From the NCBI GenBank assembly GCA_045631185.1, contig JAZQUH010000039.1, forward strand, positions 139,740-203,739: DNA of 64,000 nucleotides, read 5' to 3'. The position numbers and the translations under genes were made by a program. Of this stretch, positions 44,295 through 53,951 are shown piece after piece. A model generated the notes under the pieces. That model had not been told where the DNA came from, did no database searches, and saw nothing but the letters and a program-made list of their open reading frames with translations. The stretch is from Alphaproteobacteria bacterium (GTDB taxonomy: Bacteria > Pseudomonadota > Alphaproteobacteria > CAAHEQ01 > UBA3637). Every line of letters begins with the position of its first letter. The stretch's first letter is position 1.

Positions 44295-45143
44295 ATGAAA
44301 ACAATATGGATTGACGGCAAAAAGATGGCCGAAGAAATAACCCAAGGTTTGATAAAACGCATTAACCAATTAAGGCGTGTGCCTGAATTAGATGTGATTT
44401 GGATCGGTGATAATCCGGCCAGTGCCATTTATGTTCGCCACAAACAAAAAAAGGCCGAGCAATTGGGTATGCGTGTGCGTGTGCATCATTTACCCGAAGA
44501 TATTCATCAAAATGAATTGCATAATTTTATTGAAACGTTAAATCAAGATGATAATGTGGACGGCATCATGGTTCAAATGCCCCTGCCACGTCATTTAGAT
44601 TCGGATGAAGTATTGGATATGGTATCGCCCGATAAAGACGTGGACGGATTGACTACGGTTAATTTGGGGCGCTTGGTGTGGGGGGGCGCAAAATTGGTTG
44701 CCTGCACGCCTCAGGCCTGTATGCATTTGATTGAATCGGTTGTGCCTGATTTAAGCGGTAAGACAGCCGTTGTCGTTGGTCGTTCACGTTTGGTGGGAAA
44801 ACCGTTGTTTCATTTGTTGTTGTCCAAAAACTGCACAGTAACTCAGGCGCATACCAAAACCGAAAACCTTTCACAATTATGCCGTACGGCGGATATTTTG
44901 GTGGTGGCCACGGGGCAACCCAGATTGATAGGATTAGATGATATCAAGGTGGGTGCGGTTGTGATAGATGTTGGTATTTCACGCCAATCGGACGGTTCAA
45001 TTTGTGGTGATGTGCGTTCGGATGAAGTGGAAGGTATTGCCTATGCGGCCACGCCTGTCCCCGGTGGTGTGGGGCCAATGACTGTTGCAATGTTGATGGA
45101 AAACACGGTGCGTGCGGCCGAAATGCACCAAGGAATAGAATAA
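44295..45143 (+). CDS. folD: bifunctional methylenetetrahydrofolate dehydrogenase/cyclohydrolase
   Basis: IDGKKMAEEI..., YVRHKQKKAEQLG, DGIMVQMPLP, VVGRSRLVGKP, PGGVGPMT. Confidence 0.93.
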   Translation: MKTIWIDGKKMAEEITQGLIKRINQLRRVPELDVIWIGDNPASAIYVRHKQKKAEQLGMRVRVHHLPEDIHQNELHNFIETLNQDDNVDGIMVQMPLPRHLDSDEVLDMVSPDKDVDGLTTVNLGRLVWGGAKLVACTPQACMHLIESVVPDLSGKTAVVVGRSRLVGKPLFHLLLSKNCTVTQAHTKTENLSQLCRTADILVVATGQPRLIGLDDIKVGAVVIDVGISRQSDGSICGDVRSDEVEGIAYAATPVPGGVGPMTVAMLMENTVRAAEMHQGIE

Positions 45144-45148
45144 TTATT

Positions 45149-46447
45149 TTAAGAATTTTCTTTTTTCTTTTTTCTTAAATCGTTCCAATAATCAATACGT
45201 TTTTGAATTTCACGCTCAAAGCCCCGTTGGGCAGGGTGATAAAAGGTTCTGTGTCCGATTTCATCGGGAAAGTATTCTTGGCCCGAAAAGCCGTCTTTGG
45301 TATCGGGATCGTATTGATAGCCTTTTCCATAGCCCACATCTGACATCAATTTTGTCGGTGCATTCAGGATATGTTTGGGTGGCATTAAAGAATCGGTTTG
45401 CTGGGCCACATTGACGGCTTGCTTCCATGCCTTATAAACGCCCACTGATTTGGGTGCAGTTGCTAAATAAACAACCAAACCGGCCACGGCCAAATCGCCC
45501 TCGGGTGAACCCAGCCGTTCATAGCTGTTCCATGCATTGATGGCCTGAACCAAAGCCTGCGGATCGGCCAATCCCACATCTTCGGATGCAAAACGGGTTA
45601 AACGGCGCAAGATATACTTCATGTCTTCACCGGCTGTCACCATCCGTGCCAACCAATATAAACCGGCATCCGGATCGGACCCCCGCAAAGATTTATGCAA
45701 TGCTGAAATTAAATTGTAATGCCCTTCACGATCTTTATCATAGTTGGGCAACCTTTTTTGCAACAATTTTTCCAATTCATCTTTATCCAAGATTTCATTG
45801 GGTCTGGCGTATTGCCAAACAGCCTCTAACAAATTGATAAAGTACCGTCCGTCCCCATCGGCCAAAGAACGCAGATATTCTTTTCCCACTTCATCCAAGG
45901 GCAGGGGCTTTTGCATAATTTTTTCGGCCCGCTGGGTTAAATCGGCCAAAGCCGTATCATTCAAACGATTTAATACAAACACTTTGCATCGGGATAGCAA
46001 AGCGCTGTTTAATTCAAAGCTGGGGTTTTCGGTGGTGGCCCCTACCAATATAACGGTGCCGTCTTCCACAAAGGGCAAAAAGCCATCCTGTTGAGCCCGA
46101 TTAAAGCGGTGAATTTCATCCACGAATAACAAAGTCCCTTTGCCGGCCATTTGGCGTTTTTTGGCTTCATCAAACACTTTTCTTAAATCGGCCACACCCG
46201 AAAAGACGGCGGACAATTGCACAAATGTTAAATTTGTTTTATCGGCCAAAATACGTGCGATGGTTGTTTTGCCACACCCTGGGGGACCCCATAAAATAAA
46301 GGACGAAAGATTTTGATTTTGAATCATCCGCCCCAAAGGGCCTTTTTCACCCAACAAATGATTTTGCCCGACCACTTCATCTAAATTTTCGGGGCGCATT
46401 TGATCGGCCAAAGGCTTATGATTCAAAGTTTCAAATAAACTGCTCAT
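45149..46447 (-). CDS. rarA: replication-associated recombination protein A (AAA+)
   Basis: LWGPPGCGKTT, LFVDEIHRFN, and the C-terminal MgsA domain. ATG at 46447 (MSSLFETL) is preferred. An upstream TTG at 46483 would overlap the stop of the preceding gene. Confidence 0.9.
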   Translation of the reverse strand: MSSLFETLNHKPLADQMRPENLDEVVGQNHLLGEKGPLGRMIQNQNLSSFILWGPPGCGKTTIARILADKTNLTFVQLSAVFSGVADLRKVFDEAKKRQMAGKGTLLFVDEIHRFNRAQQDGFLPFVEDGTVILVGATTENPSFELNSALLSRCKVFVLNRLNDTALADLTQRAEKIMQKPLPLDEVGKEYLRSLADGDGRYFINLLEAVWQYARPNEILDKDELEKLLQKRLPNYDKDREGHYNLISALHKSLRGSDPDAGLYWLARMVTAGEDMKYILRRLTRFASEDVGLADPQALVQAINAWNSYERLGSPEGDLAVAGLVVYLATAPKSVGVYKAWKQAVNVAQQTDSLMPPKHILNAPTKLMSDVGYGKGYQYDPDTKDGFSGQEYFPDEIGHRTFYHPAQRGFEREIQKRIDYWNDLRKKKKENS

Positions 46448-46479
46448 AAGCCTTATTTTAACCGATTTTTCCAAAAAAA

Positions 46480-49173
46480 TCAAGTTTGAGGTTGTGATTT
46501 TGATGGATTTGGTTCAGGTGCACAAAGTAGTTCAGCTAAGCGATTTGCAATTGATTCTTTAGGAATCTGAACCGTAAAGTGATATTGCTGATCTGAATGT
46601 ACCTTTGATAAATCAAGGCCTGAATTTTGGTCCGCCCAAACAAAACAGTTTTTATCTGATGCCTTTTTACAGCATCCGGTATTACTTACTGTATTTGCCG
46701 GAACAACGCCATCAGAGAGGAAGAATAGAATAGAATTTTTTTGTCCGCACATAGTCTTGATTTCATTTTGAGCTTTTGAAAAACAAGTTTGCCCGTTACG
46801 TCCTCCCACTGTGCAATTATAAGCACAAAGACTTTGATCTAGGTTATAACCTTTTTGGCTAAAAGGATTAATGGTCGTATTATATTTGTTTCCCATACAT
46901 TTTTGTCCTGAGATCTCATTTTCTTCTGAGCCTTTATTATCCTCACGGAATATACCAATTTGAATGTCTTCGTTCACTTCTTCAATTGTTTGTATAATTT
47001 TATTTGTCAGGGTATTTCTATATCCATCAAAGCCATTAAAATAGGTTGAATAAGAATAATCAAGTAATAATGCAACGGAAATAGATTCGTTCGCTTCACA
47101 AATTCGTATACATTTATATTCTCCATTAACCAATTTGGCGGTTTGACCTCTTGGACAACAAATATACACTTGGTTATTGTCAGTGTCATTTGTTACGCGT
47201 GTCCAAAAATCTTCAGCAGTACTACATACACACATTAATAACTCATCGCTCCATTGTAAACCATCATCACATTGACAAGTTCCATTAACACATTTTGTTT
47301 GTCCGGTTCTTAAATGTTCTTCGTTTAGACAGTGCGAATCTGATTGACAACCGCACAAATGCGTTTCTAAGCATTTTGTTCCATCAATATTTCCTTCACA
47401 ATCAACGTCAGTTTCGCATCCGCAAAGTCCATTTTCCATGCATAAAATTCCCGGAGGACAATCTTCATTGACCTCGCAAGGACCGCATGTTCCTTTCGTT
47501 GCTTCACTTGTACGACATACCAAGCTACGATATTGTATACCTAGATTTTGGCATTCTTGCGTTGTTTCACATGGTTGGCATGTATCGTGTTCTTCTGGAT
47601 GTTCAGCATCTGTAGGAACACAAATAGGTGTTCTAATTGTTTCAAGGGCTGTCGGAGAGATGCCCGGAGTGAAACAATCTAAATGCTTTTCTTCATAGCA
47701 ATGCCTATTGAAGCGATCCATTTTATCTTCACCACATGATTTTCTTAAATCATGAAGACAAGGTCTGCAAATTCCAGCATCGCAATAATAATTTTCAGGG
47801 CAATCTTCATCTACTGAACAACCACCACAGGTGGAAACCCCATTGACTTCAACGCATTCTGAAGCGCAACATTGTCCATTGCAACAAAAAGTTTTATCAG
47901 AAGGACAACATTTTTGATTGCAACAATTATCTGATTCACAATCGCTGTTTTGGCTACAATTTTTGCATATTCCGTCTTCACAAATCTGACCGCTTGGACA
48001 ACAAACGCCTTGGCAGCAAACACTTGTATCAGAACAATCTTCATCTGTAGTACAGCCATTTCTTTCTGAACAACGTTTTACGCCATCAACGTTTTTGCAA
48101 TATGCTGTTATTCCCAAATGACTGCAATTACAGTTTGCGCTGCACGTTTCTCCCATACTTCTTGGTTGGCATTCGCATAATCCATTTACGATTTTGAAAA
48201 ATCCATTTGTTTCATCACAAGGAACACATTCATGATTTTCGTTGCAAAATGTACCTAAACCAACACCTGTTGAATTTGTACACTGTTCTCCAATATTTCT
48301 ACATTCAACACATTTTTCATTAACACATTCTGGTTTGGCAGGATCTGTACATTGCGTGTTGTTAATACACTCTACACAACGATTATCATCTTTACAATAT
48401 CGTCCGTTTTGACATCCACCACACAAACCACAATTTATGTCAGTACTATCACAACATTGTCCAATTCTGTCTTCTGTTTTGTTTTCAGGGCAATTATGAC
48501 ATTTTCCTCCATAAAAATATGCACAATCTTCACTTACTTTTCCAGCTCCATAAACAAATAATTGATTTCCTGTATCACATAATTTTTTTATTGCACTCGG
48601 ATTCTTTTTTAAATAATCAGGTGTGAAAGCATAAACATTTTCATCTAAATCTGTAATTAATTTAACATCATTTCCATCCATAGGATTTATGTTTTCAGGC
48701 GTAACAGTATTGGGAAAATTTAATACGGTATTGTCATTTTCTAATTGTTTTGCAGGAATTGCTAATGAAAAACCCCCAGCGTATGCCACTTCCTGACAAG
48801 AAATAGGATTTATATTAGAAGATAGAACAATAAAACTTGTTGAATCAGCATATTTATATAACTTGACCTGACCTCCATCTGCTGTTTGGGCGCAAGTTGA
48901 ATCGACTGCACATTTTTTTGCTTCTGGATAAACTTCTGTTATTTTGATCCGTCCAGCCTGTCCTGAATCTTTAACTTGTAAGCGGGAGCTTTTGTAACGT
49001 ACTCCTATTGTTGTTATTTGCTTTGCTGTTTCTTTGTATTTTAGGTAATCGAATAGCAACTTAAGACCTACAAGGGCGGAAATCAACAAAATCCCAACAA
49101 TTGCCAATACTGCAATCACTTCAATTAAACTTCTGCCTTTTTCGTTTGTTTTTTTTAACTTTGAATAAAACAT
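46480..49173 (-). CDS. prepilin-like N-terminus + cysteine-rich stalk + C-terminal vWA/MIDAS-like module (897 aa)
   Basis: MFYSKLKKTNEKG|RSLIEVIAVLAIVGILLIS. Hundreds of residues of Cys-rich repeats. C-terminal LLLDYSYS ... IQIGIF ... GGRNGQT ... ILFFLSDG. SD aaggagg. Confidence 0.7.
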   Translation of the reverse strand: MFYSKLKKTNEKGRSLIEVIAVLAIVGILLISALVGLKLLFDYLKYKETAKQITTIGVRYKSSRLQVKDSGQAGRIKITEVYPEAKKCAVDSTCAQTADGGQVKLYKYADSTSFIVLSSNINPISCQEVAYAGGFSLAIPAKQLENDNTVLNFPNTVTPENINPMDGNDVKLITDLDENVYAFTPDYLKKNPSAIKKLCDTGNQLFVYGAGKVSEDCAYFYGGKCHNCPENKTEDRIGQCCDSTDINCGLCGGCQNGRYCKDDNRCVECINNTQCTDPAKPECVNEKCVECRNIGEQCTNSTGVGLGTFCNENHECVPCDETNGFFKIVNGLCECQPRSMGETCSANCNCSHLGITAYCKNVDGVKRCSERNGCTTDEDCSDTSVCCQGVCCPSGQICEDGICKNCSQNSDCESDNCCNQKCCPSDKTFCCNGQCCASECVEVNGVSTCGGCSVDEDCPENYYCDAGICRPCLHDLRKSCGEDKMDRFNRHCYEEKHLDCFTPGISPTALETIRTPICVPTDAEHPEEHDTCQPCETTQECQNLGIQYRSLVCRTSEATKGTCGPCEVNEDCPPGILCMENGLCGCETDVDCEGNIDGTKCLETHLCGCQSDSHCLNEEHLRTGQTKCVNGTCQCDDGLQWSDELLMCVCSTAEDFWTRVTNDTDNNQVYICCPRGQTAKLVNGEYKCIRICEANESISVALLLDYSYSTYFNGFDGYRNTLTNKIIQTIEEVNEDIQIGIFREDNKGSEENEISGQKCMGNKYNTTINPFSQKGYNLDQSLCAYNCTVGGRNGQTCFSKAQNEIKTMCGQKNSILFFLSDGVVPANTVSNTGCCKKASDKNCFVWADQNSGLDLSKVHSDQQYHFTVQIPKESIANRLAELLCAPEPNPSKSQPQT

Positions 49174-49186
49174 TTATCCTCCTTCT

Positions 49187-51973
49187 TTATGAGCTTGTTT
49201 TACAGGAAGCTTGAATACTACATGCAGCACATTTATTAGTAAAGTCAAGACTTATATGGTAAGTGTGTCCCTTTTCTAGGGTGAGTGTTTTACTGATATT
49301 TGTTCCAACATCTCCATTTCTTAAATCTAAAAGGTAAGTATGGCTGTCTTTGTCATAAACAGAAAAATGTACAAACGAAGTAATTGATATTACATTGATT
49401 GATAATTCCATATCTGTATCGGAATCCACAAAGAAATCGGAATTGTCATACCATTCCCAACGATCAGAGTATTCTCTTTTATTTCCAAATGATTGACCAA
49501 TGCAACATGCCGTTCCGTCAGAATTACAGGAGCTGTTACAACATTTTGTTCCACAGCATTTTTTCATATTTGCCGAACAACATTTTTCATCACATACTAA
49601 TTTTCTACTCGGATTTAACCAACGACATTCAGCTTTGGTTTCATCCCATGTTTGACAGGCGTTACAAGAATCACATTGGTTGGTTGGTTTTTCACCATCT
49701 GTTAATGGACAATAATCTTCTGTGACTGTTTGACATTCTCCTTCAACAACTTTTGTATATGTAACAGTTGTTTTATGGCTTAAAGGGGCTTTTTTACCAC
49801 AAATGTCTTCATCACCATCTAAGGCGCAACATTCTATTCCTTCACAACTTTGAGTTGGGCAGGGTTTACATGTTTTTGTGGTTATATCACAATAGGTATC
49901 ACCTTCGCAGTCTGTATCTTCATTACAGCCTACACAAGTTGTTCCGTTTGTATCACAAACTTTTAAACTGGAATTACTTGCAGGCGGACAAGAGAATGCT
50001 TCTGTTTTCAGACATCCTTTATAAAGGGGAGCATTATTAGGATAATATTCATCTTCTTTTATGTTACAACTGCGATTAAAATTGGGACATTCCCGACATG
50101 TTGCATCATCACACCATGCATTTTCTTCACAGGTAATTGCTTTTGTTTTTAAACAACCTGCATAAAGTTGAATGTCAGAAAAATACTCATCTTCAGAAAT
50201 ATCGCAGCTTTCGTTTGGGACTGGACAATTTGAACAAGTGCCATCATCTGTACAATATTGATTTTCAGCACATGTTACAGCAGTTTTTATCAAACAACCT
50301 TGGGCATCATAAATATCTCCTTGACAGGAAGTTCCAGATGGTTCTGGGCAGCATTTGTTTCCATTTTCACCGGTTGGACGACATTGTGTTCCGTTTTTAC
50401 ATTGATTAGGACAAACGTCTTCGCCTGCGCAAGATTCACCATGGTTTAAACTATTTTGGGGCAAACATAAGCATTTATTTTGCTCACATTTAAGACCTTC
50501 CGAACAACCACATTCAGATATACAAGTTTCATCTTTTTTCGGTGATACATCACTACATTGGCATACACCTTCATCTTGTCCGTTTGACGAACAGCTTAAT
50601 CCGAAGCCACAACCACATTCTCCCCAACAAGGATCATTTCTTTTTACTGGTAAGGCGCCGCAACGGCAAAAACCGCTTTGACATGTTAAGGCATTAGTTA
50701 AGCAAGGACAACCTAAATTACATTTATCTCCCAAATATCTTGTTTCTGTGAAACCATTTTCTGTACAATTTGCTTCTTCACAAATCCCATTATTGCAATA
50801 TAACCCTTCTTCACAACTATCACACGCTAAGTTGCATTCTTCTCCGACTTTCGCTTTTGGTCCATTTGGGCATTGACATTGGTTGTCTATACAATCATAA
50901 CCAGTGGCACATTTATCAGGACATAACGGATATGTTGTAACATCACAAGCTTCTCCTCTTGCAATGGGTAATTGATCGCTGTTGCGGCAAATGCATTCTT
51001 GTAAAGAGGTATCCCAATATTTCCCATCACTTTCTTTACAATCATGGGATTCACATTCCAAATCATTATTACACCATTCACCTAAAATAACACCGCCGGA
51101 AGAATCTCGGCAAGGATCACCAACATGTTTGCAGGGTTTACATGTACCATCAGGACTACAATAAGGTCTATCCGGATTTTGACAATCGCTATCTTCTAAA
51201 CATTCTACACAACTGTCATACTTTGTTGAACAAAGTTTTCCTGTGGGACATCCGCCACACAAAGAACATGAAAGATTGGTTTCAATACAACAGTTTCCGT
51301 TTTTATCTTCAATTTCGCCTTGTGGGCAGTTGTGGCATTTTCCATCATAAAAATAACAATCATCTGTTTGTAAATCTTTCCCTGAATCATTTCCACCATA
51401 AATAAACAGGTGAATATTATATGAACAAAAATCCTTTAATTTTTCAGGGTTGGTACGCAATTCATCTGCCGTAAAATATTTTTGTGTTTGGTCCTCTTCT
51501 TTTGTAAAAACTCGACCTTCTCCTAAAAAATCATAAAAATTTTGGTCAGCTGTTGTTACTTGTGCGAAAGCCCCCTGTAAGATTGCTTCTTCACATGTCG
51601 TTGGTTTAATATTTTTGGTGACAACAACAAAAGAATTTGTATCCTGATATGAATAAAGTCTTAATTCGCCCCCATCAGGCAGTTGTGAACAGGTATTATC
51701 GTTGGGAGAATTAGCACATTTATTTCCTTCTGGGAAAACACGTTTCAGACTAACCATTCCGCTATCTTTTGTTGTGCCTCCCAATCGTTCTGATTTATAA
51801 CGAAGTCCAATGGTTGATATTTGTTTTGCGGATTCCTTTGTTTTTAAATAATCCAATAAAAATCTGAAACCGATTAATGCCCCGATCAATAATACCCCCA
51901 TAATTGCCATAACAGCAATTATTTCCATCATACTTCGGCCTGCTTCATAATAACGATTCTGTGTTTTACGCAT
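49187..51973 (-). CDS. prepilin-like N-terminus + cysteine-rich stalk protein (928 aa), paralogue of the downstream gene
   Basis: MRKTQNRYYEAG|RSMMEIIAVMAIMGVLLIG. The first ~200 aa are paralogous to the 897-aa protein. SD gaggggg. Confidence 0.7.
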   Translation of the reverse strand: MRKTQNRYYEAGRSMMEIIAVMAIMGVLLIGALIGFRFLLDYLKTKESAKQISTIGLRYKSERLGGTTKDSGMVSLKRVFPEGNKCANSPNDNTCSQLPDGGELRLYSYQDTNSFVVVTKNIKPTTCEEAILQGAFAQVTTADQNFYDFLGEGRVFTKEEDQTQKYFTADELRTNPEKLKDFCSYNIHLFIYGGNDSGKDLQTDDCYFYDGKCHNCPQGEIEDKNGNCCIETNLSCSLCGGCPTGKLCSTKYDSCVECLEDSDCQNPDRPYCSPDGTCKPCKHVGDPCRDSSGGVILGEWCNNDLECESHDCKESDGKYWDTSLQECICRNSDQLPIARGEACDVTTYPLCPDKCATGYDCIDNQCQCPNGPKAKVGEECNLACDSCEEGLYCNNGICEEANCTENGFTETRYLGDKCNLGCPCLTNALTCQSGFCRCGALPVKRNDPCWGECGCGFGLSCSSNGQDEGVCQCSDVSPKKDETCISECGCSEGLKCEQNKCLCLPQNSLNHGESCAGEDVCPNQCKNGTQCRPTGENGNKCCPEPSGTSCQGDIYDAQGCLIKTAVTCAENQYCTDDGTCSNCPVPNESCDISEDEYFSDIQLYAGCLKTKAITCEENAWCDDATCRECPNFNRSCNIKEDEYYPNNAPLYKGCLKTEAFSCPPASNSSLKVCDTNGTTCVGCNEDTDCEGDTYCDITTKTCKPCPTQSCEGIECCALDGDEDICGKKAPLSHKTTVTYTKVVEGECQTVTEDYCPLTDGEKPTNQCDSCNACQTWDETKAECRWLNPSRKLVCDEKCCSANMKKCCGTKCCNSSCNSDGTACCIGQSFGNKREYSDRWEWYDNSDFFVDSDTDMELSINVISITSFVHFSVYDKDSHTYLLDLRNGDVGTNISKTLTLEKGHTYHISLDFTNKCAACSIQASCKTSS

Positions 51974-51999
51974 AATTCCCCCTCAAGTAATATACTTCT

Positions 52000-52027
52000 A
52001 TTGTAATAAAAATTTTTTTTTATGCAA
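52000..52027 (-). promoter_or_regulatory. putative promoter of the pilin-like operon, with an A9/T5 homopolymer spacer
   Basis: Minus strand TTGCAT-16 nt (aaaaaaaaatttttat)-TACAAT. Confidence 0.45.
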
Positions 52028-52106
52028 GATAAAAAATATTTTTACTTGTTTTTTTTAAAAAAATTTTTTAAACTAAAAACAAATACATTATTTTGAGAGG
52101 AGGAAT

Positions 52107-52580
52107 ATGAAAAAAAAGTTTTCAATTTCTTTATTGTTAGTCTCTGTTTTGGTTGCTTGTGCTCCAACAGAAAATTTGCGTAACGAGAAATGTTCTCCCG
52201 CAAAAAAGATAACAATTGTTCGTGTTTTTGATGAGGTTGTTTTGGGTTGGTCGGATATAGGTTCAGACGTATCTGTTTATTCACCTACAACTTTTTATCA
52301 TGCGGATGATGAACATTATGTTTATTTAAAACGTGAACCGTATCAAGTTTATTATCCGGGACAAGTCATTCATTTGCCTGATTCTGTTTGTGTTCATTAT
52401 GCGGGATCATATAGCTATTCTGTGGGTAATCAAGCTGAAGTTACAACATTAAAAGGTGTTTTAGGAAATGCAAATGTTCCCAATCCAGAATATGAAGAGT
52501 TGAGAGCCGAAATGTATGAAAAGGCTAAAACATCCCCATGGTGGAAAAGGCGTTACGAACGCAAGTTCGGCACACAATAA
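52107..52580 (+). CDS. hypothetical lipoprotein
   Basis: Lipobox LLVSVLVAC|A. SD gaggagg. Terminator at 52585-52609. Confidence 0.6.
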   Translation: MKKKFSISLLLVSVLVACAPTENLRNEKCSPAKKITIVRVFDEVVLGWSDIGSDVSVYSPTTFYHADDEHYVYLKREPYQVYYPGQVIHLPDSVCVHYAGSYSYSVGNQAEVTTLKGVLGNANVPNPEYEELRAEMYEKAKTSPWWKRRYERKFGTQ

Positions 52581-52584
52581 AATC

Positions 52585-52609
52585 AGCCCCGAAAAACGGG
52601 GCTTTTTTT
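52585..52609. terminator. bidirectional terminator (lipoprotein gene / der)
   Basis: agcccc-gaaaaac-ggggct followed by T7. Confidence 0.8.
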
Positions 52610-53951
52610 AACTTGATTTTTTACTCTTTTCCGCATACGGATTTTCACGTTTTCTTAATTGTATCCGAACTGGGATACCCGTGATACCGAATTCATCCCT
52701 CAAACCGTTGGATAAATAACGGATATAGCTGTCGGGCAATTTATCGGGATTGGTTGTGAAAATAACAAAGGTTGGCGGACGGGTGCTGACCTGAGTCATA
52801 TACTTTAACGGCACACGTCGGCCGTTTTTGGCCAAAGGTGTGGGATGGGCTTCTTTCATCATTTCCAAAAACACATTTAATTTATGTGTGGGAATACGTT
52901 TGTTCCACAAAGCGTAAACCTTGAAAACCGCCTCCATCAACTGATTTAAACCATAGCCTGTTTTGGCCGATACAGGGATAACATTCAAATCTTTGACCTG
53001 TTGCAAAGATTCGTACATGCGTTCTTTTATTGGCCCCCAAACTTTTTGCGGATTTTCCACCGTATCCCATTTGTTTAAGGCAATAACCAAACAACGGCCT
53101 TCTTTTAAAACACGGCTGGCAATCAATAAATCTTGGCGTTCCATGGGTTGATTGATATCCAATACCAATACAACCACTTCGGCAAAATCAATGGCGGTTT
53201 GGGTATCTTCACCGGACATTTTTTCCAAATCATCCGAAATTTTTCCGAATTTTCTTAAGCCTGCCGTATCGGTCAGCTGGATGGCCTTATCCTGCCATGT
53301 CCAATTGACGGAAATAGCATCCCGTGTGACACCGGCTTCGGGCCCTGTCAACAATCGGTTTGTGCCCAACATTTTATTGATAAGTGTGGATTTACCCACA
53401 TTGGGACGACCGACAATGGCCAATTTTAAAGGCCGTTCTGCTGTGCTTTCCTCTTTGGTTTCTGATTCTTGAATCAACGGCAATAAAATATCGGCCAATT
53501 CTTCAAAGCCGATTTTATGTTCGGCAGACAATCCCAAAGGACGACCCAAGCCTAATTGATAAAAATCGTTCAGACTTTCTTTTTGTTTGCTACCTTCGCA
53601 TTTGTTGGCAATTAAAATAACAGGCTTGTGTGTTTTATGCAACTCTCTGGCCAAATCCCGATCCAAAGCATTGATTTCTGTGCGGGCATCTGATATCATC
53701 AATATGATATCGGCTTCATTGATGGCCACCCGAGTTTGCTCCCACATGGCTTTGGCTAAATCGGTTGTCTTTTCCAAACCGGCCGTATCAATCAAACGGA
53801 AGGTTTGTTTTTTTATGCTGGCCGTGGCCTCTTTTCTGTCGCGGGTGACACCGGGTCTGTCATGAACCAAGGCCAAACGTTTGTGGCATAATTTATTAAA
53901 CAAAGTGGATTTTCCGACATTTGTCCTTCCGACAATAGCAACTGTTTTCAT
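52608..53951 (-). CDS. der: ribosome-biogenesis GTPase Der (EngA)
   Basis: Two G domains (GRTNVGKSTLFN and GRPNVGKSTLIN) plus a KH-like C-terminus. Confidence 0.95.
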   Translation of the reverse strand: MKTVAIVGRTNVGKSTLFNKLCHKRLALVHDRPGVTRDRKEATASIKKQTFRLIDTAGLEKTTDLAKAMWEQTRVAINEADIILMISDARTEINALDRDLARELHKTHKPVILIANKCEGSKQKESLNDFYQLGLGRPLGLSAEHKIGFEELADILLPLIQESETKEESTAERPLKLAIVGRPNVGKSTLINKMLGTNRLLTGPEAGVTRDAISVNWTWQDKAIQLTDTAGLRKFGKISDDLEKMSGEDTQTAIDFAEVVVLVLDINQPMERQDLLIASRVLKEGRCLVIALNKWDTVENPQKVWGPIKERMYESLQQVKDLNVIPVSAKTGYGLNQLMEAVFKVYALWNKRIPTHKLNVFLEMMKEAHPTPLAKNGRRVPLKYMTQVSTRPPTFVIFTTNPDKLPDSYIRYLSNGLRDEFGITGIPVRIQLRKRENPYAEKSKKSS

